This document shows positions 38,378-50,016 of a stretch of 64,000 nucleotides of DNA, piece after piece. Under the pieces are notes generated by a model. The model did not search any database and was not told where the DNA came from. It worked only from the letters and a program-made list of their open reading frames with translations. The translations under genes were made by a program, and so were the position numbers. Position 1 is the first letter of the stretch, and the number at the start of each line of letters is the position of its first letter. This DNA is from Octopus sinensis (taxonomy: Eukaryota): contig NC_043009.1 of assembly GCF_006345805.1 (NCBI RefSeq), positions 60,760,001 through 60,824,000 on the forward strand. Reading direction: 5' to 3'.

Positions 38378-39803
38378 ATGGTCACCTAATTCCTCAGACT
38401 GCAACCCACTTCATTATTATGTGCAGGGCACAGGTGAGTGACAGACCAACAAAACTCCTTGTAACACCAAACATGAACTGAAGGTAGTATTCACCAACTT
38501 AAATAAGGAGACCGTCCAAAGGAGTTGCAGGAGATTCCAAAGCCATCTGAAGAATGTGGTTGAAGCCAATGGTGATTTTATTGAATAAATTTACTCTTTA
38601 GTATTTAAAGATATTTTTAAGTAATTTTAGTAAATATATCTGTTAACATGAGATGTCACTGTTATTTTCATTTTGGCTTAACCCTTTCGTTACTATATTT
38701 CTGACCAAAATACACCCCTTATGTGTTTCAATTAATTTCTAACATAATCATAAATTTAGTCTGGTTTCATTAAACAACTATAACTTTTTTATTTATCAAT
38801 ATATTAATGTGATTTTTGGAAGATAATTTAATGAAATGTTCTCAACCAATTCTATACTATAATTTTTGTCACAAAGTGACTCTAATTGCAGGTAGATACA
38901 GGTAAATTCAACAAAATATAAAATTATTAAAATTTTGTTCAAATATCGCTAAAGAAAATGGGTTATTAGCTAATATTCAGTTGGGTATACAACAAAATTT
39001 TACGATAGAATTTGTTATTCTGGGTAACTTTCTGATACCCATAATAATATTTATGGCAAAATAGTCTTAATTTCATTTAAGGTTGTGGGAAACCACTAAC
39101 TATCCTTTCTTTCGCTTTGTTTACATTTAGTGTAACGGTTCGTTTCCGCCGTAATGAGTTCAAATAGACTCACCGGAAAAAGTAAAAAGAAATAGTCTAT
39201 CACTCTACTCTCCTGGGAAAGTCTGTGGCTTGGTCCAGTTTCTTCAGAAAAATCACCGAAAGAAACAGTTTTTAAATTTTCACTCCATTCAGGTGCCAAT
39301 TCATTTTCTTTATCGCTGTCGGAGCTCTCGGATTCACTGTTTTCACTTTCGGAAAATGAAACATCAGATTCATTATCAAATACCACGTGCTTTTTTTTTC
39401 AGTCATAGAGTTAGATTTATCAAGGTCTTCAGTAGAAAATCCTTCGAATTCTGACTCGCTGCTTGATATAATGAAATTCGTATCCATTTTTTGTCAGAAT
39501 TACAAATTTTGAAAACACAATAGGAACAAATTTCGGAAAAAAATCTCCCAAAATTCACGGAATTAAAATTACACTTCGATCGTTGTACAAAACTGTAGAT
39601 TAACTGTTTACGAAGTATAATCACTTGTTTTCACGAATGTACTAAAGAGATTTGCTCTGATATTCTCATTTAAATATGAATAGGTAAATACGGGCCGGGT
39701 TTGGGCAGTTTGGTCACATTAACCAAAATATTTTTGGGGGCGGCTTTGGGCGGTTTGGTAACGAAAGGGTTAATTTACATGACAGCTTATTCACCACATC
39801 CTG
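38378..39803 (+). mobile_element. Tc1/mariner-superfamily 3' remnant interrupted by the piggyBac
   Basis: 38379-38588 reads WSPNSSDCNPLHYYV...LKNVVEANGDFIE*. The 3' end resumes after the piggyBac and ends CATCCTG|TA. Confidence 0.75.
38682..39769 (-). mobile_element. Internally deleted piggyBac transposon with transposase N-terminal remnant
   Basis: TTAA TSDs (38678-38681, 39770-39773) and TIR CCCTTTCGTTAC. Minus-strand acidic N-terminus MDTNFIISSSESEFEGFS, then after a frameshift ...FSEETGP...DYFFLLFPVSLFELITAETNRY (PGBD motif). Confidence 0.9.
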
Positions 39804-39829
39804 TATATATATATCTATTTACACACACA

Positions 39830-40395
39830 CCTACATCCTCCACCTTCCTCTTCAACTGATATTCATGACTGACCGCACCTCCACCTGTGTTCACTAAACA
39901 CAAGATTTCCCTTTATCCACCCACATCTCCATGAAGTTCTCTTTGTTCATTTTCAGTTAACCTGAGGATACATTCTGATGCACCTTCTCCACCCACCTGC
40001 TCCTCTTCCAACGGGGGGAGGGGGGGTAACCATGTGCTGATCCCCCTCGCGTCCGCACAGCAAAACACCTCTTCCTGCCCCTCTATCGTGCTTTAACATC
40101 TCTCATCACCTGGCATAAAGTGACCTTCCTCAATACTACTTCCCCACCACACACACTCAGTTGCAAGGTTTTGTCTCAAGAATTACTTGGTCGCCTCACA
40201 AGGACCAGTGCCACTTGACTGAAGCACACCTAGTACGCTCTGTAAAGTGGTGGGTGTTAGGAAAGGACATCCATAAATAGAAACCATGTCAAAGCAGACA
40301 CTGGAGCCTGGTGCAGTCCTTTGGCTTGCCAGCTGCTGATGAACTGTTCAACCCATGCCAGCACGAGATACAGACATTAATTGATGCTGGTGATT
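39830..40395 (+). mobile_element. RTE-like 3' UTR remnant
   Basis: Pyrimidine-rich stretch ending in the same GTTAGGAAGGGCATCC...AACCCATGCCAGCA...(GAT)n-type tail as SINE family C. Confidence 0.45.
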
Positions 40396-41599
40396 ATATA
40401 TATTAGGAAGAAGGCAGCGAGCTGGCAGAATCGTTAGCACGCCGGAAGAAATGCGTAGCCGTATTTCGTCTGCCACTACATTCTAAGTTCAAATTTCGCC
40501 GAGGTCGACTTTGCCTTTCATCCTTACGGGTCGATAAATTAAGTACCAGTTACGCACTGGGGTTGATGTAATCGACTTAATCCGTTTGTCTGTCCTTGTT
40601 TGTCCCCTGTATGTTTAGTCCCTTGTGAGTAATAAAGAAACATATATATATTAGGAAGAGCATCCAGCCATAGAAACCAAGCCAAAATAGACTATAGGAC
40701 CTGGTACAGAGCCTGGCTTTGCCAGTTCCTGTTCAGCTGTCCAAACCAAGTCAGCATGGAAAATGGACTGCACCAGTATGTCCATTAATATTAAATGATG
40801 GCCTGTACCTGTACGTCCATTAACATTAAATGATGTCCATTAATGAACATCATTTAATGTCCATGGAGATTAACTGATGATAATGATGGTCGGTCTCACA
40901 CACATCTTTTTTTTTTTGTACTTTTTGTACTTGGTGAGCAAGATTCATGATGTGAATTCACGTGCTTAAAACAAATCTTGTTGTGTCTTGGGAGAATCCT
41001 TATATCATTACGTCAATAATAATAACATAATCGCATGTTCAATACCATTTTTTACTGTTAGCCAATTGATTGAATATCTAACGAATGGATCGCTTATTTA
41101 ATGTGCTGGCTAAATGACCAGTTGTTTGTTGGAGCAGACCTTGGAGCAAGAGGCACAGTCACTAAGTCACCGAAAAGGCTGCAAACAGTGACAAAAGAAT
41201 TTTGACTAACAAACTAATGAACAACTAACTGACTGTTTAACCAACATGTTAAACAAGTGACCCACAAGTTAGATATTTAACCAATTGATTAACAATAAAG
41301 AAGTGATATTGAACAAGTGCATGTGTTATTATTATTGGTGTAATGACACACCCAAAAATACAATAAAATACATACATATATATAAAGAGGGTGAAAGGCT
41401 TTTTAAGATCAGTATTTTTATAGACCAGCAAGTATGGTAGTAGTTGTGTTGTGCTAGTATAATTAATATATATATATCATCATCGTTTAACATCCGCTTT
41501 CTATGATAGCAGGGGTTGGATGATTTCCCTGAGGACTGACGAACCAGATGGCTGGACCAGGCTCCAATCTTGATATATATATATATATATATATATATA

Positions 41600-41935
41600 A
41601 TAATAATAAATATTAGGGAATAAATCCAATTTTATAGCAAAATATTATATAATATTAATTAGAGACAAAACCACTATTTTGCAAATCAAACAAAGAAAGA
41701 CTTAATCCAATACATAAAAAAATTTAATATAAATTAAATTAAATTAAATTCGCCACTACAATTGTTTCGTGTCTCTTCCTGAAATCCACCTGATGAATGT
41801 CCTTAGAAGAGACACGAAACAATTGTAGTGGCGAATTTAATTTTATTTAATTTATATTAAATTTTTTTATGTATTAGATTAAGTCTTTCTTTGTTTGATT
41901 TGCAAAATAGTGGTTTTGTCTCTAATTAATATATA
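41600..41935. mobile_element. Fold-back element with central hammerhead, between (TA)n tracts
   Basis: ~127-bp near-perfect inverted arms 41652-41778 and 41806-41933. A related decayed copy is at ~18620-18815 (arms 18693-18717 and 18790-18814). Confidence 0.7.
41786..41831 (+). ncRNA. Type I hammerhead ribozyme motif (Penelope-like pLTR type)
   Basis: CCAC-CTGATGA-ATGTC-(9 nt)-GACAC-GAAA-CAATTG-TA-GTGG. Stem I CCAC/GTGG, intact core boxes, stem II TGTC/GACA with an A.C pair next to the core, palindromic stem III ACAATTGT. Predicted cleavage GUA| after 41827. Confidence 0.75.
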
Positions 41936-42323
41936 TATATATATATATATATAATTTTTTCAATCTTTTCACTCATTCATTCATTATTAATACTTTTAAT
42001 ATGCATTATTTACTAAAAGCCACTTTGGTAAAATAATTATTTAAATTGCCTCTTCAATATACAACTTCATAATCTCTCTCAGCCTTCATTTTTTTTTTCC
42101 TTAATTCATCATGTAATTTCCAAATGAAATCTTAACTCTCCCCCGCTCCTGTGTTCTCAAGCTGGCTACATATTTCTTTTACTATCTCTTAAATTAACCC
42201 TTGCTTCATTGTTTTTTTTTTACCCCCTCCGTTTCATGTTGGCTAAATATTTTTCATACTATTCTCTTATTCCTTCTCACTCACTACGCCTTCTTGGTGC
42301 TATTCTCTCTAAATTAACCCTTG

Positions 42324-42550
42324 CTTGTTCCCACCCCCACCACCAAATCCAGATTTCTTGTTCCCACCCCCACCACCAAATCCAGATTTCTTGTTCCCAC
42401 CCTCACCACCAATACCAGATTTCTTGTTCCCACCCCCACCACCAAATCCAGATTTCTTGTTCCCACCCTCACCACCAATACCAGATTTCTTGTTCCCACC
42501 CCCACCACCAATACCAGATTTCTCTCTGCTCCCACCACCATTACCAGATA
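42324..42550. repeat. 33-bp C-rich minisatellite
   Basis: About 6 units of TTCTTGTTCCCACCC(C/T)CACCACCAA(AT/TA)CCAGAT with alternating variants. Confidence 0.9.
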
Positions 42551-43329
42551 TCTCTCTTTTCTCATTGGTGGTATCCTCGATCATACCTGCAATTTCCTCT
42601 CCGTCTCTCACGGGACAAATGCGACTAGTTTGGCTTGCCCATCTTTTTAATCAGCTATCTTTTGTTTTGACTCAAATTTTGTCAATAAATTACTCAGTAA
42701 TTTCTGTGGACGCATCAAAGTGTAAAGAGAATGCTAATGGGCTGTATGTGCATGCTTGTTCCTCTGTGTGTGTGCACGCACCTACTTGTTCCTCTCCCTT
42801 TCTCTCTCCCAGGACAAATGCAACTGGTTTAGCTGCCCACCTACTTAATCTAACATTGGCATATTGATATTCATATTCTCCTTCATCTATCTTTATTTAT
42901 TTATTTATTTACATATCAACATCAATGGAAATTGTAGCTGAGATACCAGTGCCGGTGGCACGTAAGAGAACCATCCGAACGTGGCCGTTGCCAGCGCCGC
43001 CCTGACTGGCCTCCGTGCCGGTGGCACATAAAAAGCACCATCTGATTATGGCCATTGCCAGCCTCATCTGGCACCTGTGCAGGTGGCACATAAAAAGCAG
43101 CCACTACACTCTCGGAGTGGTTGGCGTTAGGAAAGGCATCCAGCTGTAGAAACACTGCCAGATCAGACTGGGCCTGGCGCAGCCTTCTGGCTTCCCAGAC
43201 CCCAGTTGAACTGTCCAACCCATGCTAGCATGGAAAACGGATGTTAAACGATGATGATAATGATGATGATGATCTGCTTAAATTTACAATTTTACAATGT
43301 CCATAGTGCTTATACTTACAATGCCGTTA

Positions 43330-44370
43330 ACACCTACTCCTACCCCCAGGAGGGGCAACAATCTCAACACACTTGAATGTTTGAATGATGACAGGTCAAA
43401 AGTGAGAACAGGTGAATCATGTCTATCAAACGAACACAAAAACCTTCTTTTCAGGCACTGAATAACATCTCCCCTCCCCACGCCTTCTCCCACATTCTTT
43501 TCCCAGTTTTTAGAGTTGGCACTGTCAATGTAGGTACATTGAAAGGTAGGTCTAGTGAGATTGTAGAGATGCTTGAACGGAGACACATTGATGTATGCTG
43601 CATACAAGAGGTAAGGTGGAGAGGAGCTTCAGCCAGGGTCCTCACAGGCAAGGCACATAGGTATAAAATCTTCTGAGAAGGTAACAGTGATGAAATAGGG
43701 GGTGTAGGTATACTCCTTGTGGAGAAATGGGTGGGTAAGGTCATAGAGGTAGTCAGGGTATGCAATAGAGTGCTTAAGTCTTGCAGAATAGTATAGCTAC
43801 AATTATTCTGTCTATGCCCCACAAGCAGGCTTACCAAAAAATGAGGAGGACCACTTTTATGATATCCTTCTACAGGCTACCTCAAAGACGAGTGGCAATG
43901 ACTTTATCTTTGCAGTGGGAGATTTTAATGAGCATGTCGGATGGTATCTTCTGTGGTGTTGGGGCGCAGGGGGGGATTCCCAAAACGAAGGCTACCGGGG
44001 GTTCTATGATGCATGCAACCTAATCTGCAACACTAACTTCAGGAACCCAGACACCCACCTGATAACCTATCAATCAGGCAACTCTGCTAGCCAGATTGAT
44101 TTCATCCTCACCAGACAGCAGGATGCAAGATTGCTCTTAAATACAAAGACCCACCCTGGTGAAGAATGTACCCACCAGCATAGACTAGTCGTTAGTGACT
44201 TTAGACTTGAGGCCAGAAGGATGCCAAGAAGCAGACCAATCCAGGAAAGAAGGATTTGGAAGCTAAAGAACCCTTCACATGATCAGAGATTTAGGGACAT
44301 CATCATTGTAAAATCTGATGAGAGGGAGGAGGAGCTATGGACTTGGGACATAGAGGGTAACTGGAATAAT
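43330..44370 (+). mobile_element. RTE-clade LINE 5' fragment (AP endonuclease domain), defective
   Basis: RVGTVNVGTLKGR...IDVCCIQEVRWRG, GGVGIL, YAPQ, GDFNEHVG, ITYQSG...SQIDFIL, QHRLVV. Stops and frameshifts present. Confidence 0.9.
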
Positions 44371-44734
44371 TTTAAAATTAGATATTTCCTAATACATAAA
44401 TGATTATATATAATTTTATTAAGGCCTATTATTTCTAGTAATATAAATTAATTTAATATTATTTGTATATTTTACGTACTAATTATTTGGAAATTAATTT
44501 ATAGTAAAGTCATTTATAGTTCTTTTGTTATTCTATTTTTCTTTAATTCATGAAGCTTAAATATTTTTCGTCATTTTCATTGTGGTACATAAAATTCACC
44601 CCGCACGCTCTACTTAGTGGTTGGCATTAGGAAAGGCATCCAGCTGTAGAAACGATGCCACAACAGACAGCTGGAGTCTGGACAGCTCCATGTCAAACCA
44701 TCTAACCCATGCCCAGCATGGAGACTGGACGTTA

Positions 44735-44895
44735 AATGATGATGACAATGATGATGATGACAATGATGATGATGATGACAATGATGATAATGACGATGAT
44801 GATAATGACGATGATGGTGGTGGTGGTGGTGATGATGATGATGATGATGATAATGACGATGATGATGATGATGATGATGATGACGATGATGATAG
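44735..44895. repeat. Expanded (GAT/GAC/AAT)n tail of a family C SINE
   Basis: Trinucleotide run directly after GGACGTTAAA. Confidence 0.9.
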
Positions 44896-45147
44896 ACAGA
44901 CAGACAGACAGTGTGCGTCTTTGTGTCTGTTTTGTCTACCAGCACCACTTGCCAACCAATGCTAGTTTGTTTAAATCCCCATAACTTAGCTGTTCAGCAA
45001 AAGAGACTGATAGAATAAATACCAGGCTTGAAAAAAAAAACAACTGAGTATTGGGGTTGATTCCTTCGACTAAAAATTCAAGGTAGTGCCCCTGCATGGC
45101 CACAATTTAATGCCTGAAACAAGTAAAAGATATATATATATACATAC

Positions 45148-45292
45148 CAGCCAGTGGGTGACAGTCAAATGTTTCTACTGAGGTTTCTGTTGAAGGTAAG
45201 TGCTCAATGAACTTCATGATTTCTGTCATTCCTTCCACAAATGTTCCATTCCAAACCATTTGGGCATTAGTCATGTACAGCTTAGATAACAG
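45148..45292 (-). CDS. NXT: NXT1/NXT2-like (NTF2-related export protein p15), penultimate coding exon
   Basis: Minus strand: tattctAG|145 nt|GTATGT, phase 0 to phase 1. Translates LLSKLYMTNAQMVWNGTFVEGMTEIMKFIEHLPSTETSVETFDCHPLA, matching the NXT pattern LLSRLY..TATLVWNGN..LPSS..DCQPV. Confidence 0.9.
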
Positions 45293-45311
45293 CTAGAATA
45301 GACGTGAGATA

Positions 45312-45545
45312 AGAGGGTCAACCATCATTGAGATGATATAACAATGATAAAGAAGGGGCAACAAAGTCAACAAACAGTGAGATAATAGAACAGCATCATA
45401 CAAAAGGGACACAGGTCAACTATAAGAAGGGGATAATATACTAATGATGTATAAAGTGTAACAAGGTCAACTACCAGTGGGATAATATAGCAATAATGTA
45501 CAAAGGGTAAGAGAGTCAACCACCCATGGGGTAATATAACAGCAA
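45312..45545. repeat. Degenerate ~50-bp tandem repeat beside the NXT exon acceptor
   Basis: GTCAAC...GATAATATA recurs at ~45317, 45366, 45415, 45466 and 45515. Confidence 0.6.
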
Positions 45546-47760
45546 AAATTTCACCCTCTAACGGGTTAGCTACTATGACCAGACATCATGTAACCAGCAA
45601 GGAAGAAGATTCCAATTTTTTGGCTTTTGGGTTAATGGTGTGATTTTTTAATTGAGCATCACACAACTGGCACCTGTGCCGGTGGCACGCAAAAAGCACC
45701 CTTCAAACATTGGGCCACACTGAGGCAATTACAAGTGACCGAGGCCTTTGGCAATAAACTGTGTTTGAGAAGACCGGTCAAGCCAAGTGAGACCATAGTC
45801 ATGGCTGGTGCTGGTGTTATGTAACTGGTACCCGTGCCAGTGACACATAAAAAGCACCCTCTTCACTCTTGGGGTCCTTTATATATATATATCGTGCCGG
45901 AGGCACATTAAAAGCTCCAACCAATCGTGGCCGATGACAGACCCCACTGGCACCTGTGCAGGTGGCACGTAAAAAGCACCCACTACACTCGCGGAGTGGT
46001 TGGCGTTAGGAAGGGCATCCAGCTGTAGAAACTCTGCCAGATCAGACTGGAGCCTGGTGCAGCTCCTGGCTTCCCAGACCCCAGTTGAACCGTCCAACCC
46101 ATGCTAGCGCGGAAAACGGACGTTAAACGATGACGATGATGATATATATATATATATATATATATATAAATGTATGGGTATTTTTTCAATTTGTACAAAT
46201 AACACAGAAAAAGAAAATAAATAAATAGTTACCAGGGTAGCAAAATTCACATAAGTACTTTGGACACAACAACCTACTTATAAAGGCAGAAATTCCAGGG
46301 TTTAGTGAAATGTCTTTGTATCACATAGTTAAATGCAGGTGTTATTCAAATCTTTATACTTCAGCTGTAGAAGCCATACCAAATCAGATTGGAACCCGGT
46401 GCAACTCCCCAACTTAGCAGTTTTCAGTCAAACCATCCAAGCCATGCCAGCATGGAAAACAGATGATGATGATGACAAAATGTAAGTTCTTCTACATGTT
46501 CCTGTGCTACTTGTAGTCCATATCACTCTTACTCTCTTTTACTCTTTTACTTGTTTCAGTCATTTGACTGTGGCCATGCTGGAGCACCGACTTTAGTCGA
46601 GCAAATCGACCCCAGGACTTATTCTTTGTAAGCCTAGTACTTATTCTATCAATCTCTTTTGCCGAACCGCTAAGTTACGGGGACACAAACACACCAGCAT
46701 CGGTTGTCAAGCGATGTTGGAGGGACAAACACAGACACACAAACATATACACACACGCACGCACGCATGCACACACGCACATACACATATATACAATGGG
46801 CTTCATTCAGTTTCCATCTACCAAACCCACTCACAAGGCTTTGGTCAGCCCGAGGCTGTAATAGAAAACACTTGCCCAAGGTGCCACGCAGTGGGACTGA
46901 ACCCGGAACCATGTGGTTGGTGAGCAAGCTACTTACCACACAGCCACTCCTATGCCTATATTGATCAGAATAACTTCAAAAATTGTTATTGAGTCTGTAT
47001 CAACAGGTGGTTTCACTTTGAAAAGGTGCTTTTGTGTCCAGTATCATAAAACTGTCAGACACTATAAATGTTTCATACAAAAAAAAAAAAAAATCAACTA
47101 CATTTTTACAGCTTTTCATTGTTGGCAGGCTGTGTGGTAAGAAGCTTGCTTCCCAACCACATGGTTCTGGGTTCAGTCCTACTGCATGGCACCTTGGGTA
47201 AGTGTCTTCTACAATAGCCTCAGACCAACCAAAACCTTGTGAGTGGGTTTGATAGAAGGAAATTGAAAGGAACCTGTTACATATATATATATATGTATGT
47301 ATATATATATATATTATATATATATATATATATGAGTGTGTGTATTGTGTGAGTGTGTGTCTTTGTGTCTGTATTTATTCCCCCACTACTTCTTGACAAC
47401 TGTGTTACTGTAACTTAGCAGTTTGGCAAAAGAAACAATAAAATAAGTACTAGGCTTACAAAGAATAAGTTCTGGGGTTGATTTCTTCGCCTAAAATTTT
47501 TTTAGGTGGTGCTCCAGCATAGCCGCAGTTATATATATAAATGCTAGTGTGTATGTTTGTGTGTGCGTGTGCATGCGCATGCGTACACATAACAGGCTTT
47601 TTTCAGTTTCCGTCTACCAAATCCACTCACAAGGCTTTGGTTGGCCCGAGGCTATAGTAGAAAACACTTGCCCAAGGTGCCATGCAGTGGAATTGAACCT
47701 GAACCATGTGGTTGGGAAGCAAGCTTCTTACTACTCAACCTCACCCACGCCTATATATAT

Positions 47761-47791
<31 letters not shown>

Positions 47792-47929
47792 CATACATAC
47801 ATACACACACACATATATATATATATTTATATTCTGATGTCCATTCCATAATTAAACAATCACATCACCAAATCTGGTCAAGTGGTGTTGGGAGACAAAT
47901 ACAGATATACACACACACACACACACACA

Positions 47930-48166
47930 CAGGGTAGCCCAAAAGTAGGTTTACAGTTATTCAACTATCCCTTTCGCAGTCATTTATTAACAGTTCAGAT
48001 CTTAATTATAAAAAAGCATGAAACCATTATTCTATGCCAATTTAGTTTAATTTTGTCAAGCTCCCTTTTCAGTTTGTAAGACAGAAATTTAAAATGTAAT
48101 AAAATGCTTTAAAAGAAATTTAAAGTGCCTATGTGATAACTGTAAACCTGCTTTTGGGCCACCCTG
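47930..48166. mobile_element. Tc1/mariner-type MITE
   Basis: CAGGGTAGCCCAAAAGTAGGTTTACAGTTAT ... ATAACTGTAAACCTGCTTTTGGGCCACCCTG|TA. Confidence 0.8.
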
Positions 48167-48309
48167 TACATACACACAATAGGATGATAGAAAGGGTAAC
48201 TTATAATCTGGTTATTTGTGAATTTCGCAACCAAACAACTTATCGACCACCCAGTAAAATAGTCTGGATATGTTTATTGTGACATGGGCACCAGGGAAGT
48301 CACTTGATA

Positions 48310-48526
48310 TACTCTTACTCTCTCTCTTTTACTTGTTTCAGTCATTTGACTGCGGCCATGCTGGAGCACCGCCTTTAATCGAGCAACTCGACCCCGGGAC
48401 TTATTCTTTTGTAAGCCCAGTACTTATTTTATCGGTCTCTTTTGCCGAACCGCTAAGTGACGGGGACGTAAACACACCAGCATCAGTTGTCAAGCAATGC
48501 TAGGGGGACAAACACAGACACACACA

Positions 48527-48568
<42 letters not shown>

Positions 48569-48731
48569 ACGGGCTTCTTTTCAGTTTCCGTCTACCAAAT
48601 CCACTCACAAGGCTTTGGTTGGCCCGAGGCTATAGTAGAAGACACTTGCCCAAGGTGCCACGTAGTGGGACTGAACCCGGAACCATGTGGTTGGTAAGCA
48701 AGCTACTTACCACACAGCCACTCCTGCGCCT
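48310..48731 (-). mobile_element. SINE family A (tRNA-like head, CORE-like CCTTGGGCAAGTG, internal TA/CA microsatellite), representative full copy
   Basis: Other copies at ~1490-2235, 10100-10910, 11070-11410, 12290-12675, 20957-21340, 29530-29968, 33522-33865, 34425-34850, 36682-37217, 46525-46958, 47120-47530, 51127-51506, 58203-58440, 60125-60575. Confidence 0.85.
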
Positions 48732-49009
48732 ATGTATACAAAAATTTATTTGCAGTGCTCACTCAGTGTTCTACACCAGTCGACTAAAATATGTAACTAA
48801 GAACCCAGTTTTGATTTATTTGATTCTGAGAATAGTAGCTGTGCGTGTGTGTATCTATGGGTTTCACAGAACCCTTGAAATTGTCACAAGTCAAACAGCT
48901 GCAGGAGGGAAAAAAAGAAATATGGGCTGGAGGGAGATTATGGAGGAGTCAATGTTCTTGAGAGAAAGGACTAGGCTGTTAGGAGTGTGGGGACTGGGAC
49001 TGGAAGGAT

Positions 49010-49700
49010 CGGGGGGGTGCGGAAGGTGGATGGAGGAGTGGAGGGAAAGGGGGGGAATGGAGGAGTGGAGGGAAAGGGGGGGAATGGAGGAGTGGAGGAA
49101 TGGAGGATGTAGGTGTGGAAGGGGTGTGGGGGAGTGGAGGAGTGGAGGGATGGGGGATGTAGGTGTGGAATGGATGTGGGGGAGTGGAGGAGTGGAGGGG
49201 TGGGGGATGTAGGTGTGGAAGGATGTGGGGGAGTGGAGGAGTGGAGGGATGGGGGATGTAGGTGTGGAAGGGGTGTGGGGGAGTGGAGGAGTGGAGGGAT
49301 GGGGGATGTAGGTGTGGAAGGGGTGTGGGGGAGTGGAGGGGTGTGGGGGAGTGGAGGGGTGGGGGGATGTAGGTGTGGAAGGGGTGTGGGGGAGTGGAGG
49401 AGTGGAGGGATGGGGGATGTAGGTGTGGAAGGGATGTGGGGGAGTGGAGGAGTGGAGGGATGGGGGATGTAGGTGTGGAAGGGGTGTGTAGGAGTGGAGG
49501 GATGGGGGATGTAGGTGTGGAAGGATGTGGGGGAGTGGAGGGGTGGGGGATGTAGGTGTGGAAGGGGTGTGGGGGAATGGAGGAGTGGAGGGATGGGGGA
49601 TGTAGGTGTGGAAGGGGTGTGGGGGAATGGAGGAGTGGAGGAATGGAGGATGTAGGTGTGGAAGGGGTGTGGGGGAGAAGTGGAAAGGTGTGGGGATGGA
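49010..49700. repeat. G-rich ~50-bp minisatellite
   Basis: Units AGGTGTGGAAGGGGTGTGGGGGAGTGGAGGAGTGGAGGGATGGGGGATGT. Almost no C on the plus strand. Confidence 0.9.
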
Positions 49701-50016
49701 ACATGATATAGCTGATAAGAGGTTGAAAGACAAACTGAGTTGGGAATACCTGAGTGGAAGCGACGGGTCGGGGAGTGGGGGCGGGGCACAACAGGGACCT
49801 TTGTAACAGAAATAGAAACCATATCAAGTGAAAACAGCAAATCTGTAAGCAAGAGACACCTTAATGGAATAATCAGAGCATAAAGTAGGAGATTGTTTCT
49901 GTTGCTATGGAGATGGTGATCAAATTAATGAAGCAGTAATGATAGTTTAATGGCTCATATAAGGAAAAGGAGTGGAAGGGGAAAAACGGATTTGTTATGA
50001 TGATACAGTAACTAGG

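Noticed and set aside
42209-42867. Proline-rich and glycine-rich ORFs
   Set aside because: A by-product of the 33-bp minisatellite, open in multiple frames on both strands.
44610-44984. Poly-Asp/His/Ser/Met ORFs
   Set aside because: Translation of an expanded (GAT)n SINE tail.
48891-49852. Long Pro/His/Thr-rich ORFs (280-293 aa)
   Set aside because: Open in all three minus frames because the G-rich minisatellite lacks stops. No domain or splice support.
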